DNA of 64,000 nucleotides, from the NCBI GenBank assembly GCA_016748015.1, contig JAAOMT010000779.1, positions 266,081 through 330,080 on the forward strand. The letters are read 5' to 3'. Both the position numbers and the translations under genes were made by a program. Each line of letters begins with the position of its first letter. Position 1 is the stretch's first letter. This DNA comes from Geosiphon pyriformis uo1. Taxonomy: Eukaryota; Fungi; Glomeromycota. This document shows, piece by piece, positions 13,866 through 27,979 of the stretch. The notes under the pieces were generated by a model that was given only the letters and a program-made list of their open reading frames with translations, did not search any database and was not told where the DNA came from.

Positions 13866-14834
13866 TGTTATAGATAATTATTTGGGGTCTGAAAACAAAT
13901 AAAAAACCTGTAACTTAGTATTTAATTAATATGTTGGGATTAATATCTGATGATTTTTTTGTTGAGTCTTTTGTATAATGAACAGAAATTCAATAGATAT
14001 ATCTTGGTGTAATATTTCTAGTTTTTTCTTCAATGCTTAAGTTAATATATATTGTTGTTTATTGTTTTCTAGAATACATATATTCTGTTAATTTCTTTCT
14101 TAGCTTGGTGGCTGGTAATCTCCTGGTAAGCTATCCTCAATTTTTGAGTGTTCACTCTTATTTCTGGGTCTTTTACCAGTACTATATTCTGATGTTAATA
14201 CTCTGTATATTAATTTTTTAATCAATTAGTAAATCCACAATAAAACAAAAAGAAAATAAAAAATAAAAAAATAAAAAAATAAAGAAAATAATAAAAAGAA
14301 AAATAAGAAAATAAGCCAAGACAAAAAAGAGTTAGTATTCTGTCAATAGTCATAATCAAGAGTTATTGGTCCAGTATAGTTAAGTATCAGTAACTATCAA
14401 CATGAATTATTGATAGTAGAAAGATAAATTGTAATATTTAATAAGTATTTTATTGAGATTTTTTATGTTTTTACTTCAAGTCATAGAATACTATTATATA
14501 AAAAGATGGATGAGAATTGGAATTGAAAGTTCTAAACTAAGAATTTTTTTTTTCTGCTTTTAATGCTACTGCTATATATATATAAATTTTATTATATAAG
14601 ATTCTTTGAATTTCTTAATTCTCTAGCCAGGAATTTTAAAATTCCTGGAATCTGGTAATTTTTTGAGAGGAATTTTGGAATTCTGGAATCTTATAATTCC
14701 TTACATAAAAATTCTGTAATTTTAGAATTCTGCAATTTTTCTAAAAAAAATTCTGGAATTCCACTTTTACTATGTCTTATTCTGATTGGCTAATTTATGT
14801 ACTAGTATATAATTTCTATATTTTATGAGTAATA
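13866..14834 (-). repeat. LTR (3' LTR of Gypsy element A)
   Basis: TGTTA...TAATA termini (decayed TAACA). Similar to LTRs at 19730, 26287 and 27058. A purine tract (AAAAAAAAGGAATAA on the minus strand) is adjacent at 14835-14849. Confidence 0.8.
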
Positions 14835-17800
14835 TTATTCCTTTTTTTTAATATTAAGCTCTGTTAAGATTTCTTATATCTCCTAACTTTTTTTTTGATT
14901 AACTCTTGAACTTCTTTTTTAAAAATTACTTGGATTATTTTGATCTGTAATTTTTTAAATTAAGCATTGGTAATTTTTTCCAATTAATTAATGATAACTA
15001 TATCTATTGCTGGATTGAGTAGTATTGTTGATCAATCTTGAAATCCTGCATGTAGCCAATATATAGCTTATGCTTATATAAACAGATTGTTTTTCTTCAC
15101 AAATTGTTCTAATTGTTGTAGTATTGTTGTGTTAAATAACTGTTTTATTTTATTGATATACAAGTTTTGAATATTCAGGTTTTGTTTCAAATAATAATAA
15201 CAAAAATTTCTTGAGAATTGTTGTCTTTACCAATTCCAAGTTTTTTTCATCAATTTTTAGTATGATACTGCTGTTTCTGGTATTTCTTTTGACAATTTTA
15301 CTTTTGCTATTATCTTGTTTATAATGTTTTTTGGTTTTTTATGTGTCTTGTATTGGATTTTCTTTTTATTATCTTTGTACCAAATGGTTTGTTAATTAAT
15401 TGTAATTTTTATGTTTTGTTGTTAAATTAGTTAAAATAGTTGCTGTGTAAGTAAGTAAATATTATCAGTAATTTTCATCTTTATTATTGCTTTTGTTGCA
15501 TATATTATGTCTTTATATATTTCTGTTTAATCAATTTGACATATTTGTATTGATAATTATGATTGGTTTTAGATCTCATGGAATTTCATCTGGTTGGACT
15601 AGTATTTATAGTACTCTCAGTTATGGAATATTATTGGTAGATAATAATACTATATTGTGATATGATTTTAGTTAATTTCTATGTACTGTTTTAGCTAAAA
15701 TTTTGTTGTTTTATCTTAATTTATAAGCTTCATTTTCTATGTAAAATGGTTTATTCTATTTGGGGTCAAATTTTTCACTTTATTGTTTTTTTACTTTGTA
15801 CAATGTAAAAGTATTTTGTCTCCAATTCTGAATTTAACTGGTTTATCCAGTAACTAGTTATTATGTTGTTTTTTTTGTTTTTTTTGTAACTTTTGAATGT
15901 TATTAGCTGTTTTTTGTCTTTTTTTTTCTAAAGTTTCTATTAAGTCATATGTTTTTTTTAGCAATGTTTCTTGAAAGTTGTTTTCTATTATTGGTTCAGT
16001 TAGATATGTATTGACTTTTATCTTAACTGGTAATGTTGCTGTTCTACTATAAACAAGTTTAAATGGTGTTGCTTGTATAATATCTTGTTTTATTGTCTAA
16101 TAAGCAAATAGTATTAATGGTATAAACAAATCTCATTCATTCTGGTTTTTTTGACTAATTTTGGCAATTGTTTTACATAATGTTCTATTGAACTTTTCAA
16201 CTAAACCATTTGTTTATAGATAATATAGTGATAATAATGGTCTTTTGATTCCAAATCTTTGGCTTAATTCTATTAATGTTTTGTTTACAAAGTGAGTTCC
16301 TTGATTTGATAATAATTTTTTTGGACATCTGTGTTGACAAATCAAATTTTGATAAACAAATTTGGCTATAGATTCTGTATTTGCTCTTTGAATTGTTTTT
16401 GTCTCTGGCTATTTTGTAAGTTAATTTATGGCTATTGCTATATAATGATTGTTTTTACTGGTTATTGTTAATAGTCCAACTAAGTTAATTCCAATTCTAT
16501 CAAATAGTTGTCCTACTTTAATTGGTTTTAGTGGTTTACTGGATTTTGTTTCTCCTTTCTTTTGACAAGCATTACAATTTTGAACATATTAGATAATGTT
16601 CAGATACATTGATGACTAATAATATCTTTTTCTGGTTCTTTTTATGATTGCTTCTTTATAAAAATATTCTGCTGTTGGATCTAAATGCACATTGTACAAT
16701 ATTGTTTTTTTCTCTGGTTCTGTAATTACTCTGAGTAGTTAATTTGGATCTTTTCTGTTTTTTTAATATAGTATGTTTTGGTAAGTAATAAAATATTTTG
16801 ATTGTTATTTTATGTTGTTTTATTCCATTTAAGATAATTTTTCCTTGAACTGTTAGGTGTTAATATAGTGTTGGAGTTGTTAATATTTTTGTATATTCAT
16901 TTTTTGTTATATTTTTGAATTAAAATGTTCTTAGATTTGTTTTATTTACAACAAACTGTTAGCATTTCCGTTTTTTTTTTTTTTTTTATAATATAATGTA
17001 TATTTGAATAATAAAAGTTCTATTTTTTATCTGACATAGCAGTCATCTCCAAATTTTTGTTTCTAAATTGATGTCAATTTTTTGTGATCAGTGTATACTT
17101 CAAACTTTTGGCTTAAATATTTTTTCTATTTGATAACTGTCCAATAGATAGCTAAGTATTCTATAGTTTTTTCTGCTGAACTTAAGCTTCAGCTGGCATA
17201 TGCTATTAGATGTTTTTGTTCATCTAGTCTTCTCTAAGATAGTACAGCTTTCAATGCTTGACCAAATGCATCTGTAATAATAATAAATAGCTTGCTGTGA
17301 TCTGAATAGATTAATATTAGTGCTTAAATAAGCTTTCTTCATAGAATGTTAAAAGCTTCTTGCTAAGTTTTAATCCATTCATATTTTACATTTTTTGTTT
17401 GAAGCTGATGAAGTGATTGGACCAGTTTGGAAAAATTCTGGATAAATCACTGATAATATTCTATGAATTCCAAAAATGTTCTTAATTCTGTGAGATTTGT
17501 TAATACTGAAAAGTTTTTAATTATCTCAATTTTATCTAAATCTATTTTGATGCTGTTTTTGCTTATAATATGTTCTAAAAATTTCAATTCTGTTTTGTTG
17601 AAAAAGCATTTAGTGGCATTTAACTTTAGTTTTGTTTATCTTAGTCTTTTAAACACTTACTGTAAATGATAAAGATAATCATCAAATGTCTTTGAAAATA
17701 TATTGGTGTTATCTAGATAAATGATTACTGATTTCCATAGTAGTTTTATATAAACAATTTCTATAAGCAATTAGAATATGGCTGGAATATTAGTTAAATC

Positions 17801-19729
17801 AAATAACATAACTTCAAACTCAAAATTCTTTTCTCTAATTGTAAAAACAGTCTTTTCTTTATCTTTTAGTTTTATGGCTATTTATCAGTAATTATTATCT
17901 AAATTTAATATTGAAAACCATTTCTTTTTTCCAAAAACATCAAATAATTTCTGAATTCATAAAGTTGAATAACTGTTTCCATGAGTAATATTGTTGAGTT
18001 TTTTGTAATCTACACAAAAGTGAATTTTTTCATTTTTCTTTCAGACCAGTACTATTAATAATGACCATAGACTTATTAATAGTTGAATTAACCCATTGTC
18101 TAACATTTGGTTGATTTCTTATCAGATAATTTCATGACTTGTTAATAGTACTCTGTATGCTCTTTGTTTAATTGGCATAGTATTTTTAGTCTTAATTTGG
18201 TGTTGGATAATGTCAGTTCTGCCAAATTCATTTTTACTGGCAAAAATATTAGTAAAATTGTTAAGTAATATCTTAAATTGCATTTATTGAAGTAGGTCTA
18301 AATTTTCTAAGTTTATTTGTTTCAATTGTTTTGGTTAAAGCAAATAACATTCTTCTTATTTATATATTGTTTGTAATGTAATATCCACATATTCACATAG
18401 TTGTAGAAAATCTGGAATGGTGCTTGGTGGTTAATCTTCAACTTTAGTGTTTAAGTATTCAATAGTGGTTTTCTTTGGTATTTCAATAAAGTCTCCAGTT
18501 GTATTGTGAATGGAAATTTTAATGTGTTTGTGATTTTTAGCCAGTATATAGAGATTAGTAATAGCAATTTCTCCTGATTTACAAATAGTAACTTCCATTT
18601 TAAAAATTTGGATTTGATCTTTTATTTTTCTTTCTATAACTATTAAATACTAATCATATAATAGAATAGAAATTGATTGATGAGTGAAAATAATTTCTTT
18701 CTTGTTAATAACTTTTTCCTCTATTATATTAACTGATATATCTATCTTATTCATGAATTCAAATCCATTTTTTCTTTTGGCTGTAATTTTTAATTTTTTT
18801 TTGTTCTTACTAATATTAACTGAGCTATTTTTACTAAAGGTAGGAATATTGCCTATGCTATTTTTTTATTTGGTTTAATCACATATTTTTTTTCTGAGTT
18901 ATTTTGTAGCATTGTAATAATATTTTCCACATATTCTGCATCAATTATTCCTCCTCTAATATTGATTCTCTTTTTTGCTAAACTAGATCTAGATGCTAAT
19001 TGAACCATTGTTGTTGTTGAAATTTTCAGTGCTATTTTCAAATCAATACAGATGTGCAAATATGGTTCCAATTTGATGGCATTTTTTCTTAGATATCTCA
19101 GATCAAACTCTGCATCAATATCATATATGTGTTTTGGCATAATATCTTCATCATTATTGCTAAACCATTTAAGTTTTTGCTTCTTTGAAAGATCAGAGAG
19201 CATAATATATTGTTTTGAGTTTAAATTAGAGTTTGAATTATCACTGTTGTCATTATTATTTTGAATAAAGCTGAAACTATTGTTATTATTATCATTGAAG
19301 TCTAAATCAGAATTGAATTTTGATCCTAATTCTGCTATGCATTTACTAATTGGTTTTTCCTCTTTGAACATCGAATAAATCATGTGTAGTAGTAGATTGT
19401 AAATGATGTCACAGTCATTATAATACTAAAAGTTACATGGTATTAAACAGTGATCACATAAATAAGTATTGAGTTGTTCTAAATATTGCTCTTGTTTCTC
19501 TTTAGTTGGTGCTAATTCTTGGTAGTGTTCATGGAATTGTTTAGAGTCTATCACATTAAAGATAATATTGGGATTTAAAACCCAAATAATCTCTTCTGGT
19601 TTTGACAGGTTGTTTTTAATGGTCTTAATTTCTTCTGAAGTTGCTTCTTTGATTTTGGCGATTGCTATTTTCCAAATTTAAATTCAAAGTTTTTTTCTCT
19701 TGTAGTAAATACTGTCTTTTCTTTATTAG
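14835..19729 (-). mobile_element. Internal region of decayed Ty3/Gypsy element A: Cys-rich, dUTPase, RT, RNase H, integrase, 3' ORF remnant
   Basis: dUTPase FDLRYL...LASRSSLAKKRINIRGGIIDAEY (18.85-19.15 kb). RT with IIYLDNT (~17.7 kb). RNase H ITDAFG. Integrase IGINLVGLL, TNGLVEKFNRTL (15.7-16.9 kb). Many stops. Confidence 0.88.
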
Positions 19730-20506
19730 TATTACAGATAATTATTTGGAGTGTTGAAACAAATAACAAATTTATAACTTGGTGCTCAATGGTTGGTAAT
19801 ATTGGTAATTTTTAAAAATTTTAGAGTCAGAAGGTTTTTGTTGAGTTTTTTGTATAATAGACAGAAATTTAATTAATGATTTTTTCTGTGAATTTCTTTC
19901 TTCAGCATAATGGCCAGTTTATTCTGGCAGTTATGTTTTTTTGATAAGCTATCCTTAAATTTTTACTCATATTCCCAAACTATTCTTGACATCAAATACT
20001 CAGCACTTAATTCCTTTAATTAATTAGTAAACAACAAAGAAACAAAATAAAAAAAAATAAAAAATTAATATTTTATCAATAACTATAATTAAAAACTGTT
20101 GGTCCAATATGATTAAATATTGAATTTTATTAACATGAAGTGTTGATAGTAAATAAGTGATTAATATTTTTAATCAAGTAATAATAACATGAATTGGAAG
20201 ATAATTATATATTTATTTAATATTAATGTGTTTTTATTTCAAATTATAGAAAACTATCTTTTGAAGGAAAAATAATAGGGGTTCTAAACTTTATCAAATT
20301 TTGAATGCTTTTTTACTTTTAACAATTTCATTATATATATATAATTTGTATTATATGAGATTTTTGGAGAATTCTGCAATTTTTCAAGAGAATTTTGGAA
20401 TTCTGTAATTTTTCAAGAGAATTCTGGAATTTTTTATTTTATTACACCTATTTTTGATTGGCTATTTTTACCTATTTATTATAATTTCCAATTTTTATGA
20501 ATAATA
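19730..20506 (-). repeat. LTR of the same family at the junction between elements A and B
   Basis: Alignable by eye with 13866-14834 and 26287-27057. The flanks belong to different internal regions (Cys-rich domain of A, RT of B). Confidence 0.8.
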
Positions 20507-23500
20507 TTGACTAGATTTATGGCTACTTGTTAGTAATTTCTATATAAGTTCAATGTTAAAAACTATTTTTTTTTTCTGAAAGCATCAAATAATTCTTAGA
20601 TTTGTGGAGTTAGATAACTATCTTCATAAGTAATACTGTTAAGTTTTTTGTAATTCACACAAAAATGAATCTTTTCATTTTTTTTTAAACAAATATTACT
20701 GGTAATAATCATAGATTTATTAATGGTTGAATTAATTTATTGTCTAACATTCTGTTAATTTTTTGTTAAATGATTTTATGGCTGGTTAATAATACTCTGT
20801 ATACTTTTTGTTTGATTAACATTGCATTTCTAGTTTTGATCTGGTGTTGGATAATGTCAGTTCTGCCAAATTTATTTTTATTGGCAAAGATATTAATAAA
20901 ATTGTTAAGTAGTATCTTGAGTTGTATACTTTGAAGTAGGACTAGATTTTTTAAATTTATTTGTTCTAAATGTTTTGGTTATAGCAAATAACATTTTTTT
21001 ATCTGTATATGGTTTATGATGTAATATTTACATACCCACAAAGTTATAGAAAGTCTAAAATAGTAGTGGGTGCTTGATTTTTAACTTTAGTGCTTAAATA
21101 TCTGATAATAGTTTTATTTGATATTTCTATGGAGTTTTTAGTTGTGTTATGTATTAGAATTTTGATGTGTCTATAGTTCTTGGCTGGTATATAGAAATTG
21201 GTAATGTTAATCTCTTTTAATTCACCAATGTTTGTTTTAGCTTTAAAAATCTGGGTTTGATTTTTTACTTTTCTTTCTATAACTAATATATACTAATTAT
21301 ATAGTGAAATAAAAATTAATTGATAGATAAAAATAATTTCTCTTTTATTAAAGATTTTTTCTTCCATCATATTAATTGATATATCTATTTTACTTATTGA
21401 TCCAAATCTTTTTATTTCTTTTGCTGTAATTTTTAACTTTTTTTTTATTTTTACTAATACTAATTAAGCTATTTTAACCAGAAACAAGAATATTGTCTGT
21501 GCTATCTTTTTATTTGGTTCAATTGTGTATTTTTTTTCTGAGTTATTTTGTAGTATTATAATAATATTTTCTATATATTCTGTATTAATTATTTCTTTTC
21601 TAATATTAATTCCTTTTTTTGTTAAACTAAATCTAAAAACTAATTAGATTATTGTTGTTGCTAGAATTTTCAGTGCTATTTTCAGATTTATACTAATACA
21701 TAAATAAAATTCTAATTGAATAACAGTTTTTTCTAAATATCTAAAATTAAATCTTATATTAATATTATGTATGCATTTTGGCATAATATCTTCACTGTTA
21801 TTGTTAAACTATTTAAGTTTTTGCTCTATTGAAAGGTCTGAGAGCATAATATATTGTTTGGAATTGTACTTGGAATTTGAATTGTTATTGTTGTTATTGT
21901 TATAATGAATAGTATTGAAATCATTATTGTTGTTATTATTGTAGTCTAAATTATGATTAAATTTCAATTTCAATTCCAATGTGCACTTGCTAATTGGTTT
22001 TTTTTTAGGAATCAAATAGATTATATATGATAATAGATTGTAAATAAGATTACAATTGTTACAATATTTGAAATCACTAAAAATAATGCAATATTTATAA
22101 AATTTAGTATTTAATTGTTCTAAAAACTGTTTTTGCTCTTTTTTAATGGGTGTTAAATCTTGATAGTATTTGTGAAATTGTTTTGAATTGTTTAAAATAT
22201 TGATAAATGTGTCTGAGTTAAGAATAAGAACAGTCTCAACAGATTCTGGTGAGTTGTTTTTAATTGTAAGTATTTTATTGAATGAAGTGTTTTTAACTTT
22301 GGCACTTGTTATTCACCAAATTTTATTTTTGTCATGTGAGTAACTATCTAAGCATAAAAGTGCTCAGTTTTATGCAGTATTAAAAGATGTTTTTTGGCTT
22401 ATCCAGTTACTTATAAGAATTGTGTATTAACATAAAATATCACATGTTCCTTCTCAACTAGAAATGTTATTCCATATTTTTTCATCAAGTAATATTTCTT
22501 TACAAGTAAACCATAGTTTATTATCTTATTTTTTTTGTTATTTTAAATACTTAAAATGTTTTCAGTAACACAGTTTGCAGTAGTAATGGGTGCATGTCCA
22601 GTAATTTTTTTAGACAAGATCTAAGCTTTCATAAAAAAAAACTTTTTATTATAGTTAATATATCTAAGTAGAATATATGATAATTTTTTCTTTATGTCTA
22701 TGAAATATAATTTATTCCAGCTATTGGTTATTTTTTCAGTAATTGTAGTGGCTTTTGGTTTATCTTTTTTTTTTTTTTTTTTTATTATTCTAAAAAAGTA
22801 TCAGCAGTAATTTATTGTGTTTGTTTTCAGTCCATAAGACTTGATAGACTTCTCAAGTAGGTTATTTTTTTCCTTCAACTTGATCAATGATTGTTCTCTT
22901 AAAAGAGCTTTAAAATGTCTACAAGTAACAGACACTTAAGTATGCTAATTCTTAAATATTAACTAGAGCTTTTAAGTGTTTTAGTCAAATACAGTATTGG
23001 TTTTAAACAGTTAGTTATTACTAATAAGAGCTTAATATTATGTGGCTTTTATTATCAGAATTTTGATTGACATGATGATACCATTGACTTCAAAAAAAAA
23101 ATTGTTGATTTTACCAATAGAAGTTTTCATTACTCTATTAACAGTAATAATTTTGGTGCTGGTAGTGTGATCAACCTAACAACCTAATTGGTTTATAAAT
23201 TGTTATGTGATGATGCTGTCTGCTAACACATTATTAATAATTAATTTGATAGGTTAGACATCAATTTTGGCATCTGTGTACATAACTGTAATAAGTTTAA
23301 TATTGAAAATGGCTCTGCTAAATAGAGATAGTATTATTAATTTTTTTAGTTTAAAAAAAAATATGGCTGTAAGTAATTTGTTTTCAATAATAGTTACTAA
23401 TAGAATATTGTTGATAAGTAGTGTTTTTGAGCCTTTCAAATTATTGAATAAGTTGGTTTTTGGAGTAATCAGAAGACTTAAATAGTTTTAAGAATTCAGG

Positions 23501-25473
23501 TTTTGGGTGTACCCACTTTTTGAACTCTGTTGACATAATTTTAATAGCTGAGTTGAAAAACTGGGGATTAATTGATATATTATTATCACTAATCTCTAAT
23601 TTTGCTGAGTGTGAGTAATTGTCAGTCTTAGATTTTCAGTAAATACTGGCACAATAATTTGGGATAATACTTGAATTTGTTGTAGTTGATAAATTACTGT
23701 AACTGTTAATAAATTATTAGTGCTGAAGCCTAATAAACTGAAGATATATATATTGATTATTGTATTATTGATACATAATATGATTAGTATTGTTCCTAAT
23801 TCTGGGTATAATTTGGAGTTTGAAACTGGTAATTAGAGTTTTTTGTTGTCATAATTAATTGGCTAATAAGAATAATAAACACAATTGATTTTGAAAACAA
23901 TCAGAGTTTCCTTGATTGTTGTGGTATTGTAAAGACTGATAAATAACTTAATTGTTAGCTAAATATCCTTCAATTTTCTGATTGATGACTTTGCTAAATT
24001 GTTTCAATTTGGTATCTAATTTAAATAATTCATTCATTACTAGATTTACAGCTTGGACATAGTTGGTTTCAAGTTTGGCTGATTCAAAATCTTAGACATG
24101 TATAACTGCATTCTAGAAAGTATTTAGATACATTAGATGTACTTTTTGTAATAAGCTGCTATATAATCTACAAATAAACTGGTTTAAAATCTGTGCTTTT
24201 ATAAAATAATCAGCTTGAATTGCCTGAATTTGGTGCAAATTTCTGTAGAAATGTTCTAAGTAAGTAGTAACTGCTTTGGTATTACCCTATTTGATGATAG
24301 TAAAGCTAGTTAACAAATAATTAATGCTGTTGTAATTGCTAAAATATTGTAAAAATATGGTTTTAAATATATTAAAAGTTTGTGGTTTATTAACTAAGTT
24401 CTAATATTATTAGTTAATAATATTCTATAAAAAATAAAAAATGGCTTGAAAAACTCTGGTGTTATCTTAATTATTGGTTATAATTATTTTGGTTATATTG
24501 TTTAATCATGCTTGGTTATTGTTTTTTTTACTTATAAATTTTTCAAGTTTGACAATAAGTATATATGCTATTGGTGCAAATTGTTGTGATTATAATTGTT
24601 GTTGAGATTGTTGTTAAGGTTATTGTTGTGGTGTGGTAATTGGTGCAACTGGTGGATCAATTATAATTATTAAAAATAAGTTTGGCTGAATAATAAAAGT
24701 GAGATTTAGATTGTTCAGGTTTTATGGAGTTTAAACAATCAGAATTTGTATTTTTGGATTATTTGAAATCAGATTTGGATTATTATTTTCCTAATTACTG
24801 TCTTCTTTTTTTTCAATTTAGTATCTTTTCAATAACTGATAGATTCGAAATTTGGTTGAAGTAACAGTAATCAAAGTTTTAATAGTATTGTTGATTACAA
24901 ATTAAATTTTTCAAAAAAATTGTCATATGTTTCTAATAATTTGACTTTTTCCTGATTATTTTGGAATGAAATCAAAATAATAGTGCTTTTATAGTTAATG
25001 GTAATATGGATTCTAATAATATATAGATAGTACTTTTGAATATATGATAATATAATAAGTTAATAAATAAAACAACTCTTGAATTCTTTTAATTAAACAG
25101 TTGTATTTTTTTTGGTGTTTTTGCTGACATTTGTAATTTTTTTTTGTCTGCAAAAATAATAGAAAATCTTTATTGGATGTATTTTTCAATTTCTTTGTTT
25201 ATTTTTGTAATTAATAGTGCAAACAAATAGTTTGATAAAAGTGTGATATTTTGGAGTAATTACTGTAGAAATTGTTCTGAATCTTATTGATTTTCTAAGT
25301 AGGATTTAATTTTTTTGTTAATATAAAAATTGAAAGCTAATTTTGTTGGCCAATAGTTACTTGTTAATCCAAGGTAAATTTGATAATGTTAAAATAAGAA
25401 TTTTACAAATTCTAAATAATTTTCTCTTATGATTTTTTTATCTGCTATTGTTCCAAATAATTGATATTAATGC

Positions 25474-26243
25474 TGTTATGGAAGTGTTTTCTTGGTATAT
25501 TTTAATTGTTAATATCTTGTTTTAATTGCAATCAGTTTCTTGTAAGTTTCTTAATTTTATGTGTTAGATATTAATGATAATGTACTGAAGGTTTTCTCTT
25601 GATGTTGTGATATAAGTCTTCTTTTTAATTCTAGTTGTCTTTGTATGTTGTGTACTTCTTCTTAGAGGCTAATCTGAAATTTACCCACTGTCTGGAGTTT
25701 TTTTTGAAGCTATCCTTGCAATTGCCTGATGTGTTTCTCTAATCTAGAAACACAAAATGTTAATGGCCTTTTCATGATTTTTTTAAGTATATAATAAAGC
25801 TTTTTCAATTTAATTAGTAACCACATAAATAATCTTGATCAGGGATTATTCTTCCAAAAAGTTTAAAGATGAAATGATAATTTCATTTACTAGAGAGAGT
25901 ATGTGAATTTTATTATTAATCTTGTAATTGTAATGTTTATTCAATTTATTATTTTTATTAATTCTTTTTGAATAAAATTTTATTTAGATATTTGTTGCTT
26001 CAAGTTGAAGCTGTTTTTTTCTTCATTATTAAAAACTATTGTATATATATATAATTATTGTTTTATAAAATAATGTCTTGTAATACTCTATTTCCGTAAT
26101 TTCTAAATAGTGCTTACTGCTTTTGCATGATAGTGCTTGCTGTTATTTGTAAATTATTTCTTTTTATAAATTGTTGTTGTGCTATTTCATAATTGGCTAA
26201 TTTATATTATTTATAATTCCTATTAAATTCTTGAACTGTAACA
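25474..26243. repeat. Solo LTR (different family) inserted in the leader of element B, 4-bp TSD ATGC
   Basis: ATGC|TGTTA...TAACA|ATGC. Confidence 0.75.
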
Positions 26244-26267
26244 ATGCTAATTTTTTGTTGGATTATA

Positions 26268-26284
26268 CTTTACAGAGAGCACCA
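26268..26284 (-). promoter_or_regulatory. Primer-binding site of element B (probably elongator tRNA-Met type)
   Basis: TGGTGCTCTCTGTAAAG begins 2 nt after the LTR end TAACA. The tRNA identity is inferred from resemblance to TGGTGCnnnnTGTGAGG. Confidence 0.65.
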
Positions 26285-26286
26285 AA

Positions 26287-27979
26287 TGTTACAAGTGCTT
26301 ATTTAGAGTGTTAGAACAAATAACAAACCTGTAACTTGGTGCTTAATAGCTGGTAATATTGGTAATTTCTAAAGATTTTGGAGTCTAAAAGTTTTGGTTG
26401 AGTTTTTTGTATAATAAACAGAGATATGATTAAGAGTTTTTTTGGTGAATTTTTTTCTTTAGCATAGTGGCCAGTTTATTTTGACAGTTATGCTTTTTTA
26501 GTAAGCTATCCATAAATTTCTACTCTTATTTTTGGGTTTTTTATCAAACTATTCTTGACATTAATTGTTCAGTACTTAATTCTTTTAATCAATTAATAAA
26601 CAACAAAGAAACAAAATAAAAATAAAAAATAAAAAAATAAAAAAAAATAAAAAAAAAAATAAAAAATTAGTATTCTGTCAATAGTTATAATTAAAAGCTA
26701 TTGGTTTAGTGTAATTAAGTATTAAATTTTATTAACATGAAGTGTTAAGAATGACAAAGTAATTGATATTCTTAATCAAGTGATGATAACATAGATTGAA
26801 TAATAAGTAAATATTTTATTAATATTAATAGGTTTTCACTTTAAGTTATAGAAAACTATCTTTTAAATGGAAAGATATTATTGTTTTGAACTCTATCAAA
26901 TTTTAAATATTTTTTTGCTTCTAATACTCTTACTATATATACATAATTTGTATTATACAAAATTTCTGAAAATTTTGCAATTTCTCAAGAAAATTCTGAA
27001 ATTCTGAAATTCTACAATTTTCCAAAGAGAATTCTGGAATTTTCTATTTTATTATACTATTATTCATAGAAATTTAAGAAATCTTAATAAGAATAGAAAG
27101 TAACTAATTAGAAACAGGCATAATAAAAAAGGAATTTCAGAATTTTTTTTAAGGAATTACAAAATTCTAGAAATTTTAGGATTCTTAGTTAAAGGAATTA
27201 AAAAAATCCAAAAAATCTTATATAATATTAATTATGTATATATAGTGAAAGTATTAGAAACAGAAAAGACAAAATTTAGTTTAGAATTAATACCAACAAT
27301 CCATTAATTATCCAATATTCTTTCTTTTAAAAAATAGTTTTCTACATATTGAAATAGAATTAAATCACATATCAATAAAATATCAATTATTATTTGAATC
27401 TATGTTGTTATTACTTGATTAAAAAATATTAATCACTTCCATTTTATTAATACTTAATGTTAATAAAACCTAATATTTAATCATACTGAACCAATAGCTT
27501 TTGATTATGATTATTGACAAAATACTAATTTTTTATTTTCTTTTTATTTTCTTTTATTTCTTTTATTTTCTTTTATTTTTTTTTGTTTTATTTTGTTGTT
27601 TTACCAATTGATTAAAGAGATTAAGCACTGAGTATTTTAACATCAAAAATGGTCTGGTAAAAAACCTGGAAATAAGAGTAGACATTTAAAGATAGCTTAT
27701 TAAAAGAGCACAACTACTAGAATAAACCAGCCATCATGCTAAAGAAAAAAATTCACAGAAGAAACCCTTAATTAAATCTTTGTTTATTATATAAAAGACT
27801 TAACCAAAACCTTCAGATTACCAAAATCTTCAAAAAATACCAACTGTAAAAACTATTGAGCACTAAGTTACAGGTTTGTTATTTGTTTTAACACTTTAAA
27901 TAATTACTTGTAACAATGCCTATTTCTAATTGACTATTTTACCTATTATTATAATTCTTAATTTTTATGAGTAATAACA
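26287..27979 (-). repeat. 5' LTR of element B, interrupted by a nested inverted LTR
   Basis: TGTTA at 26287 and TAACA at 27979. The LTR sequence breaks at ~27057 and resumes at 27916. Confidence 0.8.
27058..27915 (+). repeat. Solo LTR of the same family in inverted orientation, nested in an LTR
   Basis: Reverse complement of the 13866/19730/26287 LTR. Ends TAACA. Flanks ATAC/ATGC. Confidence 0.78.

Larger units (their letters stand above)
20507..26286 (-). mobile_element. Internal region of decayed Gypsy element B: leader, gag, protease, Cys-rich, dUTPase, start of RT
   Basis: Gag FLQYFSN...AVTTYLEHFYRNLHQIQAI...QILNQFI (24.0-24.5 kb). Protease region VMYTDAKID (~23.2-23.3 kb). YYCKLC at ~22.6 kb. 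dUTPase ~21.4-21.8 kb parallels 18.8-19.2 kb. Confidence 0.85.
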
